DNA of 63,965 nt, filler included, from Folioceros fuciformis (taxonomy: Eukaryota): assembly GCA_049999805.1 (NCBI GenBank). It is 7 parts of 7 records of this genome, joined end to end, with 100 filler letters (N's around TTAATTAATTAA, not from the genome) between each part and the next. Parts side by side here need not be neighbours in the genome. Positions count along the whole stretch, not along the records: positions 30,582 to 43,790 come from JBNGIO010000898.1; positions 43,891 to 51,989 come from JBNGIO010000899.1; 5 more parts are not named here. One strand, 5' to 3'. How positions within the stretch are numbered: the stretch's first letter is position 1; the number at the start of each line of letters is the position of its first letter. Shown here one piece after another: positions 34,525 to 48,700 of the stretch. The notes beneath the pieces were generated by a model that saw only the letters and a list, made by a program, of their open reading frames with translations, did not search any database and had not been told where the DNA came from. Made by a program: the position numbers and the translations under genes.

Positions 34525-37500
34525 TCACGGTTCAGAAGACTGCTGAAGGTAAAGTTGCACAGCCGGTGAGCTGTCGACAGTGCCTTTGCTTACGTACGCT
34601 TGGTTGTTAGCTTCGATCTTTTCCAACCTGCACCTCCAGGAGCACATATCAGAACAATCACTAGTGCACAGGGATCAGTCCCAGTTTGGACAGTGAACAA
34701 CATCTGCATCACGCGTACCTGTATAAGTAGTTCACCATCAGGCCCGCACTGGCCTCTAACCCTTTGTTTGATGTGTCACCCATCCAGTTCAGCCTTTCGA
34801 CACACTGGAGAAACGGAAGGGATGCAGACAAGTCAGCAGCCTCCCCTCAACCTGATAATAAAAACTCGCGCTTGCAGGACTTACAGCTCCATTGCGAACG
34901 TGGAAGTTGGTCACAGGATCTAGAGCTCTTCCTCGCTTCTTCTCTTGAAGTAAATATCTGCAAAAACTCCAGTTCTTACATGAGAGGGGACAACTGCGAC
35001 CGTAAGGCAGAACGCCATGCTGCACATGACTTGCCTTGCACATAGCCTCATCAGAGGGCCCCGTAATACTTCCGTCAATGTTGGTGACTTTGACCAGCTA
35101 TGATCGGACGATGACAACAGCCCGAATAACACACTTGATGCACTCTGGTCCTTCACATCCTGTCTGCAGTGCACAAGGACTAATATGTAAATGGTCACAC
35201 TTCGGCAGAGGCTCTTGAGCTTGATTTCTCAACTAATTACCTACACATGACGTAGAATGTCTGAGACCATGGTACTTTACCCAACAGCTTCAACAATGGC
35301 CTTTTCTTCCGAAGGCAGCAAGATACTGTCTTTGTCAACAGAGTCAGCTTTGTCTTTCAGTTGAGATGCAAGCTTTGGCACCAACCATTGCATGAAATCT
35401 GGAATAGGGCTTAACGTGACAAACGTCTGCCAACCCAAGAAGCTTAAACAAGTGCTGATATTGTCTGCTGAAACAAATGTGCGCACAGTGATTCAGACTA
35501 GGTGACAAGGGTTACCTCTATGTGGGTCATCTCCTGTTGAAGTAGACGGACAACCCGTTTAATAAGGAAAGTTCCAAGCTCTATTCCTGCAAGACCTGGC
35601 TGTCATGGAGTGTCAGGAATCTGTGAGACTGCATTAGTGTTCCGTCTAGCAAATTCCGAGCAAACAGAACATGGGAAAGCTCCCTTGTGTGCTTTGTAGA
35701 GGGACCTAGAGGGGTCCCGGGAGATACCTGAGTTGAAGATATGGAATAAAACAAGGCAGTGGTTGCACCAGACTCTTCGATTGGGTTCTCATCAAAGAGA
35801 ACTTCCTACATGCAACCGACCCACATCACCTTTGGAACTGCTTGCCCTCTACATTCTGGCGAGGCTGGTGTTAGTCAGGAAGATACCTGTATAGAGCCTA
35901 CGATTTTGTCACACAGGGCCACTTCAATGAACACCAGAGGTTCACCTAAAGCAAACAGACGCTGTCAACATGGAGCATGAAGCAGAACTATCGTAAGAAG
36001 AAACATACTTTTCCCTCGGAAATGTGCAGCCGTTGCATATGTCCCCGCAGAATTACTACGTGACCGAGGAAGACTCAGAGGACGATTTCATATTTGCTGA
36101 TGATGTCACACCTGGTAATGCAGCATGGAAATAGCCAAAGCATCTGCGCCCTGCGCCAAGTCGGCGCTTTAAGTCATAGAGGTTGCTGATGGGGTGTACA
36201 GCCTGTGAACAAAAGGAACGCTCCACGCATAAGTAAAGATCAGGTAGATGGCATACGTAGCCAGTGTAATTCAAAATCACATGCCTCGTAAGCAACAATT
36301 TTTTCAAGCAACCCGGCTGGGCTGTTCCACGTGATTTGCTCCAGCTCTAGGCAGGCAGGGCCCAACCATGTCCCAAACATCCCCCTCAGATCGGTATCCA
36401 GTGCTCGCAAGGATGCCAAGTTGTGCTCCCTGTTTCAACAGATCCCACACCTAAAGTTGGCATCGGGAGTAGACAGCGGTTGACATGCAGGGTCAGCATG
36501 TCATCAATCACAATTGCAGTATCCACGTCAACTAAGCCCACCCCTAAAAAAGGGAGCAGACTGCATTCATCATGGTGGGACACACAAGGCTGACGGTCAG
36601 TGGAGCAGATTATGCTACGGGTTGCATTTAGCCACTTAAGAAAGACATCAATTACACGTCAAGGAAAGATGCAGCTGTTGAAAAGGAGGTTCAGCACAGA
36701 GGATGCAAGGAAGCGTACTTGATAGCCACTAACAAGTCTGCTCGAAGATCGACAAGGAACTTCAAGCCCCCTGCCTGGGCATTGAGCTGTTCAAAGAGTC
36801 TGGCTGATAGCGGCAAAAGTGCTGATCTCAAATCTCGCTCCACACGATATTGTGCAGCCAGTCTGCTCTCACTACCTTCTGCCTCGAGTGCATCACTTTC
36901 AATGCCATCTGCTAACTCATGGCAATGAAAGGGAAACCATCGGGACCGAGAGCAATGCACGGGGAACCTGTGAAACAAAGAAAACAACTGCAGCCCTGAC
37001 CAGCAGATAAGGTTATATAGTGGTTCATAAGATCCAGCAGCCTGTTCCTGTCGACTCCGAATTGAGTTGCAAGCACGATCAAAGCACGTCGCCGATTTTC
37101 TGTATCAAGCCGCAAATACTCCTACGCAGGGACAGTCAGAAACAAAATCCTGACCAACTCTTTCATGCTCTCGATGGCATATCTCACAACAAGGTTTGAA
37201 GGACAGGGATCCACCTCTCTCAGCTGGCCAAGAGTCGAGTCGGGCATGTCAGTGTTTCTCATATATATTGCCTCATGCATCAGCCTCTGCACCTTTTTCA
37301 GTGTCCTGATACGTAGCAGAGAACAGGAATAGTCAAAAGATGCAAGCCTTCTTGCCGCTCGTTTGTGCAGAAGAAGGGAGAATGCTGACCACACCTTTCG
37401 GAATACCCTGGTGACAGAAGCGACCGGTGAGCAGCATCAGGTACTCTTGAACTCTTCGTCCCTGCATTCACTTCTTGGCTGAGCAGCTTGTCAAGGTCAT

Positions 37501-37691
37501 CATTGCTTCGTCGTTGAGCCATCTGCGCCAGATGCACCCACGTAATTGATATGCCAGAACAAATGTAAAGAAGCAGAAATGCGTCAATGAAGTTGTCCAG
37601 TACTCACAGTCGAAGTCACAGTAGAGGCTCCTCCCGCTTTCAGCCTGACCCTCATCAACTTCCCGAGATTTCGGAAGCGAGCACCCATCAT
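34525..37691 (-). CDS. MCD: Malonyl-CoA decarboxylase, multi-exon
   Basis: Exonic peptides GGLKFLVDLRADLL, DLKRRLGAGRRCFGYFH, TLSPIPDFMQWL, LMRLCA/RYLLQEKKRGRALDPVTNFHVRNGA and LNWMGDTS.KGL.ASAGLMVNYLY. Start exon MMGARFRNLGKLMRVRL is inferred (37691-37608). Confidence 0.92.
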
Positions 37692-38663
37692 GCGCCGATA
37701 CGAAGCATCGACATGCTGACCCCTGACAACAGGAAAGCTAACCAGTCAGCTTGCACGGCAGCGGGCAGCCTCCTGCGCTGCTCCACCACTAGCTCGAAAG
37801 CCTACGAGTGCACAAGCACATGCACCCAGTGCGATGCAAAATCAATAAAATACATGGGCAGATCTTAGATTCCAAAGTGACATCGCTGGATGCGGTGAAG
37901 TTGCACATTGCTTTACAATCTGGGTATGCCCAAGTCTGTGTGAATGTGCAGTACATGCAATTGAAGCAGGCATTATGCGAGCACTAACAACTGCAATGTC
38001 GTCCGCAGCGCAAATAGTGAGAAGCTTGAATCCGTGAGGGTGTTACTGACAGATCCGGGGCGCATCGCATTGTGAGGCAGCAACACGGGCAAATAGATGT
38101 TAAGGCGGCTACAAGTAGTGTACCATCCACATATCTGTGACTTTTACAGAGGGAGAATCGTCCCTCTCGACAGACCCTAGACCTTCCTCCCGACTGAGAG
38201 GACAAAAAGTCTGCTCAGTTTCATAACCGGGGCTATAACAGCTGTTCATAGCTTAGCTGATTCATCCTTGTGCGAAAGCCTCTGCCATTCCACTCTTGAC
38301 CTTAAGTTTCAGCGCACGTCTGGCTGCTGACGGTGCAAGAAGAGGACGGCACTGTACAGAGACACTATGGACGGGATTACCAAGTGTATCAAACGCAAGT
38401 TATCTTTGGGCTGTCCCGATCTCGCCGGTTCCCGGGTCTCAAAACTGCAGCAAAAGCCAGGGGGCTGGAGATTTCACCACGAGACAAACAGCTTTTCCTG
38501 TTTTCTCGAACACCCCTTCTGTACCAGGACCTCGCGTACCTCTGATGTTGACGTCGTATAATATTGAAGGTGAGGATTACGGCTTGATAGAACCAGTCTC
38601 GCAGACCTGATTTTTACAGACCTGGATTTACAGACCTGATGAGAGCAACCATCGCATCGCACG

Positions 38664-41600
38664 TCAAGCGCCGCCCCTGTTTTGCAGTTGTACAAGTGCG
38701 TAGTAAGCACCTGCTTCGCCCTTCGCAAGAAGCTCCTTGTGGGTGCCTTTCTCCAGAATGGAACCATCTGAGATCACGGCTATCGTGTCTGCATTTTGGA
38801 TGGTTGCCAGCCTATGGGCCACCACTACTGTCGTCCTGCCGGCCATCATCTTGTCCAAGGCATCCTGCACCACCCGCTCAGACTCTGCATCCAAGGCACT
38901 TGTTGCCTCATCCAGAAGCAGAATCGATGGATTCTTGAGAATTGCTCTAGCGATGGCTATTCTTTGCTTTTGCCCTCCTGATAGCTGGAGTCCTCTCTCT
39001 CCGCAGAAAGTTTCGTAGCCATCCGGCAGACCACTGGAACAGCCAGGCACATGCTCGTTAGTGTCAACTATCAGCCACGTCCTCGTGAGGAGCCAGAATG
39101 TTTTCCGTGAAGGAGACATTACCTGATGAAGGTGTGTGCATTTGCTGCCTTAGCGGCCTCGATGATTTCCGCCTCAGTGCAGTTGTCCGTTCCGTATGAT
39201 ATGTTTTCTTTGATAGTGGTGGCAAACAGGGCGGGTTCTTGGCTTACGAGACCGATAAACTTTCTCAGAGCCATAAGGTTGTAGCTCTTGATGTCTTTGT
39301 TGTCGATCAACACTCTTCCATTCAGAGGGTCATAAAACCTCTCGATAAGCCCAATGATTGTTGACTTGCCCGAACCACTGTGTCCAACCATGGCCACTGT
39401 CTTGCCTTGCCTGATCTTCAGGTTGAACTTTTTGAAGACCATCACATACGGTCTGCTGGGGTAGGCGAAATCCACATCAATGAGCTCGATTACCCCGGCA
39501 ACCTTGGTTGGCTTCTCACCCTTCTCGTTGTCAGCGTCGATTTCAGTCTCCCTGTCCAAAATTTCGAACACAGAAGCCACTGCCTGACTTCCCCTGGCCA
39601 GATCTGGAGAGAGATTGCCCGCTTCTGCCAAAATCCGTCCAGAGGACACCAACACGAAGAAAGTCCGGAAGAAGTCTTGAAACTGCACTTGTCCTTTGCT
39701 CAGCAGCTGCCCACCGTACCAGTAGGCTAATGCCCAGGAAGAATACATGATGAAAACCGCCGCTCCAAGCCCAATTCCAGCAATCTGAGACCGCTTGTTG
39801 ATTTGCTTCTTGGGGATCTCGAGCTTCTTGTCGAAGAGAGCTAGGATTTTGTCTTGAGAAGAGTAGGCTGCCACAGTTCTGAGTTGACCAACTGCCTCCG
39901 CAGCTACCTGTCCATGAAAGGACGGCACTAGGCACTATTAGGAAAGAAGGAGGTGGCATAGGAACTTTACTGCGACAACATATCATGAGCATGGTCATAA
40001 CCAAAACCATTCATGAGGTATGTGAGATTCTCACCTGACTAGCATCTGCCTGCGCTTGAGCCGCTTCAGCAGCAAACCGTCCCAGAAAAATTTTCTTGGC
40101 AGAGTAGCAAAAGATCATCAAGGGCTGGATGGCAATAAGCACTGCAGCAAGCCGCCAGGACACGACCAGACCGATGATGAAACTGACAAGAATCGAACTG
40201 GCAGTCTGGACCAGGAGCGATATCCTATCTCCCACCAAAGAGCGGACCTGTGCACGACAAGGCACAGGAAACAGTAAGCTGTTGATCAAAGTGCCACGGT
40301 TAGGACAGGACAGGCAAAAACAAACGAGTGCAACAGTGCACAGCAAAGTCTGTAGGCATTACCTGGTTTGCATCCGTATTCAGTCTGGCACAGACAGCAC
40401 CACTAGAATTCTTGTCGAGATCGAACCATCCGACTTCGAATTGGAGCAATTTGGTCAACATCTTCGCGCGGAGCTTCTTCGTGAGCTGCTCGCCCATGGC
40501 AGCAAAATAGTAATGCTGCATGATGTTGACCAAGAGGGAGAGGAAGGTGAGACCAACGAAGACGCCGAAGTATGCCCGGACTTCTCTCCTGAGAGTATTG
40601 GAGTGCTGTTCATGAAGTTCGGGAGACTCTCCTTTTCTTGGCTTGTAGAAAGCTAGGATCATTCCTCCGATGATGTAGGCGAATATTGGCTGCACGAACC
40701 CGAAGCCCACGGCACCGATGACTCCTAGAGCACCCTCTTTCCACTCCGACCCATTGAGGGCAAGCAGCCGCCAAAAGGAGGGCTTGAGCACCTCTTCTTC
40801 CTCATCAGGCATCATGGCATCGAAGTCGATGATCAAGGTCTCGTAATCCCCATCCAGGTCATCACCGATTTTCTGCGACATACTCCTCTTGAACGACCTG
40901 GACAGACTCAACCTGCGGGAGGAATTCCTTGATGAATTCCGAGACGAGCCCCGGCTGAGATTCCTGGGGTCGAACTTGCCATCTCGCAGTGCAAAGGAGT
41001 TAGACCTGGAAGAATTGACCGAGCTGCTCCGAGAGGTGTGTGCCGAATTTTGCTCAGCCTCTTGTTCCCTCTCACGTGCGGCCTGTAGCTTTACCAGATT
41101 GGCATACGCCCCGTTCTCTCCTCTCAGAAGGAGCTCCGTGTGACGACCCATCTCCACCACCTTGCCCGCCTGGACGACGGCAATGGTGTCGGCATTCTGG
41201 ATGGTGGAGAGTCGATGTGCCACAGTCACGGTAGTTCTTCCCATGGAAGCCTTCTCCAGAGCCTCTTGCACAATGCGCTCTGACTCGGCATCCAACGCGC
41301 TCGTAGCCTCGTCAAGAAGCAGAATTGGGGGATTCTTGAGCATGGCACGGGCTATGGCAATCCGCTGCTTCTGACCTCCAGACAATTGAGCACCTCTCTC
41401 GCCAACCTGAGACGCATGATGGGCATCCCTTTGTGAGAATTGGCAGAAGCAACAACCACTCGACAGTCACGTGGGTGCATCAAATAGCCTATGACCATAA
41501 TTACCTGCGTATCGTAGCCATCAGGAGAGCTGGAGATGAAGTCGTGGGCATTAGCAGACTTTGCAGCAGCGATAATCTCATCCATAGTGGCATTCTCCTT

Positions 41601-43790
41601 GCCGTAGAGAATGTTTTCCTTAATGGAGGTTGCAAACAGAGCAGGTTCCTGGCTGACCAAGCCAATTTGCCTCCTCAGCCACTTTATCTGAAGGGACTTG
41701 ATGTTGTGGCCATCCACCAGAATGGTTCCTGCCTGTGGGTCATAAAACCTCTCGAGCAGGGCTATGACGGTTGATTTTCCAGACCCACTAGCACCAACGA
41801 GCGCCACGTTCTTGCCTGCCGACGTCACAGGACGTTAGCCCCTGTACAAACCAGTGGGGTACTTCCCGAAACTGGAGGATAAAAGAAAATTGTGGTACCA
41901 GCAGGGATGTCCAGGCTGAAATTCTGGAAGATAGGAGCTTCCGGTCGGGCAGGGTAGGTGAAATCCACGTTCCTCAGCTCCAGATGGCCTTTGATGTGGT
42001 CCAACACTTCGCCCTTGACATCATCTGGGTCGATGTCGGGCACCCGATCTATCATTGAGAACATACGATGACCGGCAACAGCTCCCTCAGAGAAGGCTCT
42101 TAGACTGGGCGCCAACTGACCGAGTGCCCTGCCAAGAGAAGACGGGACGTCCGAAACTTGCGTCAGCACGGAAACCATGGACACATATGTGCACACATGG
42201 TTGAGCTACAACAACCCAGCAACCAACTTGTGAAGACAAGAATGCCATAATGTCTGTCCGCTTACATGCCACCAATGAGGATAGCGAATCCGGTCATGAG
42301 AACTTGACCACCATTCCGCGAGCCATTGATGATGAGCACGCTACCGACCCAGGCGAGCACGCCCCAGATGATGAAGCCGAAGCCAGTGGCCCCCACGGCA
42401 AAGCCCTTGAAAAAACCTTGCTTCTTCCCCATCCTCACGGTCTCGTCCAGAGACTCAATGTAATTTCTCACCACCTCTTTCTCTCCCGCATACGAGTAGA
42501 CGGTCCTGATGGAAGAGATGGCCTGATCCGCAATCATGCTGGCCTTGTCATACGCCTTGTGACGCTTGATGGCCAGATCTGTGAGGGCGTACTTGTAGAA
42601 GAGCCCCGGGAGCAGCAGTAGAGGGGTCAAGAAAACGGCGATGACCGTAAGGATCCATGACAGGTAGAAACCCACCACATATCCTCCGACGAACTGCGTG
42701 AAGGTGGCGATGAAATTTCCAACCTGCGACACACGACAGAAAAAAAAACATAGATCACTCACCACGCACATGCTGTTCCCTGTTTACCCATCCCTGAATG
42801 CCCAATCAAAGACTGCAATTTGAAAGAAACAATGGGTCCTATCCTCTGTGGCCTGACCTTCTCACTGATTGCATCTTGCAGAACTTGACTATCCCCCGAG
42901 ATAGTGGCAACAAGTGCAGCAGTCCCCGACTCCGCTGTGTCGAAGTAGCCGATGTCCTGCCTCAAGATGGCTCTCAGGTACTTGGCCCTGATGCGAGAAG
43001 ATTGCCTCTCTCCGGTCTTCATCCAGCAACTCAATTCTGCGGAATTTTTGCATCCCACACCAGAATGGTGAGCGTCATTCCACACAGCCACAACTCTCAA
43101 ATTCAGCCCTCAATTCACACTCTCTTCATCAAAAGCAGGTGGCAGGGGCCGGGGGAACTGACCGAGGTAGGAGCCGAACCATCCACCAAGCCCGATGAAG
43201 ACCATGTACAAGACAAACTGCAAAGCAAACAGAAGGGCAACAAAACCATGAGCTCCGCAGGGCCGGCTAAAACAACCCGCAAGTCTGAGGGAAAGAAGAA
43301 GAGTGAACAGCGAAGGTGGAAAGCTTGCGCACTTTAGAAATGACGCTAGAGATCCTAGACGCGTCCGTGGCGGAGAGTGAGCCAAATTTGTTCACAAGCT
43401 GGCTCTGAATGAGGATGATGAAGGGAGACACAAGGCCATTGGCCATGGCTCCCAAGGTGCCCAAGATCATGAGCACGACATCGTAGGCGTCGGCGTACTT
43501 GAAGAGCTTGTAGAAAGGCACAGATTTGAAGGCTTGGGGGACGATGGGCTCATCCTCGGGGAAGTCTCCATCCCGATCCAGGTGCAAGCCTTCGGGAATG
43601 GGGGAGCCGGCCGGGCCGAAGTCGTCCCGGCGGGGCAGAATGTCATCCCCCTTGTAAGACTGCTGCCGCAGGGACCTGGCCCGGTATGATCTTTGGCGGA
43701 AAGACTCCCCCAGGCGTGGGAGCTCCCCGGAGCGATCCCTGTACGAGGACTGTCGGAAGGAGGCCGAGTAGAAGTAGGGATCCTTATAGC
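38664..43790 (-). CDS. ABC transporter B family (MDR/P-glycoprotein), full-size, multi-exon, 5'-partial
   Basis: Two TMD-NBD halves, Walker [10 protein letters not shown] and GHSGSGKST, signature [29 protein letters not shown] twice. Stop at 38664. Confidence 0.96.
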
Positions 43791-43890
43791 NNNNNNNNNN
43801 NNNNNNNNNNNNNNNNNNNNNNNNNNNNNNNNNNTTAATTAATTAANNNNNNNNNNNNNNNNNNNNNNNNNNNNNNNNNNNNNNNNNNNN

Positions 43891-45783
43891 ATCCTGTAAT
43901 TAATCAATGTTATGTGTTTTATAGACACGCTTCCGCGCTGTTTTCTAGCAACTACAACTCACAGAGTCTAATTTGCTAAGTAGGTGTGTTGAGAGTGCAC
44001 ATGATTGCAAGGACGAGATTGGTGGATTGCAGCTGGGAGGAGGGGGCTCCGATTGTGACAACATGGTGATCGCTGTTTGTGGGCCATGCTGGAACGGAGT
44101 TGCGGTGCCGAGGGCGTGGCGGTTCCTTTGCGAACCCTCACTTGATGTTTGCTAGCTGCGGGCTTGCACGACACGAGATGCTGAGCAAATCACGAAGCCA
44201 AGCCTGGAGCTTGTGCATGGAATCGATGTGGTGCGAGCTATGGACTAGGGTCATCGTAGAGACTCGCCGAGCTGGGGCTACGATGGTATGGTGCGAGCAA
44301 CGATGTGGTGTAAGTGCAAGCTGGGTCTAACGCTAAGTGTCCGAGCTAGGCAAGCGGCCGTGACCCTCCACTGAGGAGTTGCAGACTCAGGGCTCTTGTG
44401 GCAGCGCCAACAGATAGCGAGCTTCAGGTCGTAATTGTTGGAGATAGGAGCGGATTTGTCAGTCTGCTAGTGTTTTGAGTTGGCTGATCTAGTCGGGCTG
44501 CGTCCGTGGGTGTTGGGGAGACTGGGATTGTGCTACGATAGTTCATTGCGTGCGATTTTGCCCAAACACTGGTTTTGAATGAACGAGACACATTGGCGCT
44601 CCTTGCAATGCGATAGTGTTGCTCATGTGTGTGGATTTACTTCTGATAACTACTCTTTGAACCTTGCTACCATCAGCTTGGTGTGCTGCAGGATTTGTTG
44701 TGTGCACAAAGACCTATTTGTCCCGATTCATGGGTGTCATGGTGTGGACTTAACGTGCTACAATTTTGTGAGCTAAGGGAGTGACAAGATACTAACCTGA
44801 CTGAGTGTCTGGTGGAGGGTGGTGCATCTATCTCTGAGCTTTATGTTGGTATTCGAGCAAGGAGTTAGGGTCAAGTCAGCAAGCACAGATTTTGTGCACT
44901 CTCATACCCCCACTTTTCCTGACCTCCTGTTCATTACCGACTGTGTTGTTTCTGCATGGGCTATATATCCCATCTAACAGGAGCAATGAGGAGCCAGCCT
45001 ACCATTTGAGAAGCTGGACTGTACCATAGTAGCCTTGGGCCCCGCAACGGAGAGCACGACATCGACGGGCTGTAAGGCTTGATTCACCTGAGCTGGGATT
45101 GGTTGGGGAGCCGAGTGTCTGTCATCCTTCATCGCCTGGCCAGAGTACCACGAGCTAGAGTGGTGTTGGGGCAATGTGTAGTCCTATCGTAGCAGTAGGA
45201 ATGAGTTGGTCACCCCTGTCGACCATTGTCCAGGTCGTGAGTGGAGCTACTTGTTTTGAGGAGGAGGAGTCTGAGAAGTCTTATCCCATGGAAGGATCTG
45301 GAGCAACTGTTCACAAGTCCGAGAAGTTTTCTGGTAGACCAAGGACGCAGACTCTTGGAGATTTTAAACTGTTTTATGGCTTCTTAACAAGTCGCGTCAG
45401 GTTTAAGCATGGAGCCACCTACACCCATAGGTATATGTTTGAACCGTTGCCTAGGTATCTAAATACGAGGCCTTGGATCTGTTTGAGATTCATGCACCAA
45501 AAATGTTGGCAGTGGTAGAGAAGCCTAATGCTGCCTACACACCGGCTTTGCAAGTGGCATACAATAGTTTGCTGGCCACTGCAGTGACTGCTCATCAAGC
45601 AGGGATTGCAGCCGGCACAATTGCAGAGTCAGTTTCACCACCTACAATGGTGAACATGACTCCACAGGAGATGGCTACTGCCACAACTGGCATTCCGGAT
45701 ACGTTGGATGTGCCCAAGCATGACAACCCTGTAGAAGATTTCTTTGCAATTTTGGATAAGGCATTTTCAACCAAGACCCCTGA
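43891..45783 (+). mobile_element. Probable Gypsy 5' region and gag N-terminus, interrupted by a Copia insertion
   Basis: Frameshifted ORF from 45288 (MEGSGATVHKSEKFSGRP...NPVEDFFAILDKAF) is cut off exactly at the TG of the Copia LTR at 45784. The upstream kilobase looks LTR-like but its boundaries are unproven. Confidence 0.55.
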
Positions 45784-48700
45784 TGTTAAGGTTAATTAGT
45801 GATTAACCAGGTTTTTTTAACTTGCTTAGGTTAAAATTATATTCAAGGGTTATACCCTTTGGGGGTTGCCCATATATATGGACAAATTTTTGTTATTTAC
45901 AAAACACTAGAGATATACACATATATAGTATTGTTATACACAAAAAGTCTCAGTCTCCTGGCTCTCGCATGTTTTATGCTAAATGACTATCCTCTAATAG
46001 TTTACATGGTATCAGAGCCTAATCCCTCAAGGCCATTCAATGCAGCATCTACCACTCCGCACTTGGTCCGCTAAGATTAGCAAACATGTTGCTGCACAGA
46101 ATTTCGAGTAGCATGCTTTTGCAATCTATGAGAAAGCAGCCAAGTTGCTAAGAAAAGTGAATAAATTAAGTTCTCATTTCTTGTCTGGGAAATGAAACAC
46201 CAATAGGCACAATGCCTCAAAATTCTACAAACAAGAGTGGTAGCCCCCGAGCTAACCACCTGTTTGGACATAGACAAGATGTGAGAAGAAGAAATTCTAC
46301 ACATGTTGGATATTCAAAAATTGATTGGTAAAGAGGGATTCAGACCTCACATTGCTGTGAAAGGAGAAGAATTACACCTCCAACTTGCCCACACCAAATT
46401 CGTGAAGCGGCATACCCAACTGCACCATAAACAAGACGATCATCAGAATTGATTCTAACCAATGTGGTTTACAGACAATTGGCTGTGCTAAGGCAGGTGG
46501 AGAAAGTTCAATCTTTATTGCTACAGAGTCAAGAAGAGATTCAGAGCAATGTTGAAGATATAAGAAATTCCCTTGAGCATACAACAATTGTGGAATCAGA
46601 ACAAATAAAGGAAGATATGAAGAGCATTGTTGGTCTTCTACAAAACATGAATCTGAGAGGATCTGCCACCAATTGTGACAGATCGATTCGATGACCATTT
46701 CCTTGCTTCCGCTATTGGAGAGCCAAAGGCGCCCACACTCGGCGTTGTTGAGGGCCACAGATCTGAAGAGTCATAATCAGAGAGGTGTCCCTTGGCATTT
46801 TTGTGTCTCTCAAGATGCTACTGGTCCACCTAAAGAGACACCAAGAAGTGATAGTTAGGGTTCAGCTAAAAGAACATTTTTTTAATTAATTAATTAAGTC
46901 ATGTTTTTATGCATACCTTATGAAACGTTATTAGTCTAAATTAAGAACTAACATACGGGAAATGAAAGGGAGGATGAGTACGAAGAGGCACCTCGAATTC
47001 ATCCTTCCCCACTGATCCTAGCCTATTGTACTAGTGTTAGAACAAAAATAATAAAAAGGGAGATCTAGTGGGCTTAAGCTACTAACCTGTGTCACTAGGG
47101 CCATAGCCTCATTTACCTTGTTAAGATCTTATGTCCGCAGGTGCTGGTGCATCCATAAACGCCTTGTTTTGGTTAGTTCTAGAGCCTAAGTTCTAATACA
47201 GCCTATTGTCAACACTAATTAGCCTGTAATAATGACCACTACTACCACTAAGGCAACATACACGTTAGAACTGAAGGAGAAAGATCGCTTCAATGGGACA
47301 AGGTACCCAGTTTGGCGAATCCGAATGAAAGCTACCTTGATAGCCCGACACGTATGGAAAATTGTGGATGGGACCTTACGTAAACCAGATCCCTACAGGC
47401 ACGCTGTGGGCAGTCTCATATTTGTTGCTAATTGGACAAGGCTAGATATCCAATACGTTGTCAGCACCGTCTCATAATTCTTGGAGCGACCTGGAAATGC
47501 ACATTGGGTTGCTGTCAAGCACGTTTTCAGGTATCTGAAAGGGACAAAAATGACAGGCCTATTCTACAAGAGCAGTGGGAAGAAGAAACTTAACCTAGAA
47601 GGCTTTACGGATGTAGACTGGGCATCCGACAGCGATTCCAGGAAGAGTCTCTCAACCTATTGTTTCCTCCTCTCATCTACCATTGTCAACTGGTCTTGTA
47701 AGAAGCAATCGTCCATAGCACTCTCTTCCACGGAGGCAGAGTACAAGTCTCTCACAGACGCCTCCAAGGAAGCTGAGTGGGAGCGTAGTTTCCTCAAGGA
47801 CCTTGACCAGGAACAAATGGCACCTACAAAGCTGCATTGTGACAATATGTCAGCCCTGGCATTGGTGGCTAATCCTAGATTTCATGCACGTACTAAGCAC
47901 ATTGAAATTCAGCACCACTATGTCAGAGATGTAGTCAAGAGAGGTGTGGTCAAAGTAGACTATGTGCATACAGATGAAACCGTAGCAGACATCCTCACAA
48001 AGAGCTTGCCAAAACATAAGCACTATAAGCACCTTGAGGGACTTGGGTTATTAGATTACTTTGCCTACTTCAAGGATGGGTCTTAGGACTTATCTGGTAG
48101 GAGGGGGTGGGAACCCTGACGTTCCCTGGGTGTGGCGTGGTGTGCAAGCAATCCAATTGCCTGCATAAATAACTGCACGTAGCAGGCTTGTCAGAGGGAG
48201 AGTCCACAACACATGTTAGGTCAGTCACACATTTGACAGCACAATAGCAAGGACAGACGGGATGGATGAAGCTCACCTTAGGATGAAATTATCCCGTGTT
48301 GCCCTGATTCTCACAAGACAAGTTTCACATCCTGCGGCTCATATGAAGGCAGTGGGACTCCACCAGCAGCTAGCAGTAGTTCCAACTCCGCAATCCTGTT
48401 CATGGCCGCCCTGAGCTTGGCCGCAAGGATGGGAGCAGCGTACTCAAAATAGCGAAAGTCTGGCAGTTGCTGTTGGGGCCCCTCCTCCTGCGGAACTCTG
48501 GCAGTCCCTGGGTATGGTCTTGAGTTCACTGGCATACTGTTCACTCTCCTGACCAGTTCCTCTAGTGAGTTGCAGCTGACCCAAGGCTGCACGGGCTTCG
48601 CTTCTGCTGTTCTGGGCTCCTGCACAGGCGCACGTTCCCTTCTCTTTAGCGCTGCTTCATACAAAACTGCAGTATCGAAGGCCGCCATGATAGAGGGTTC

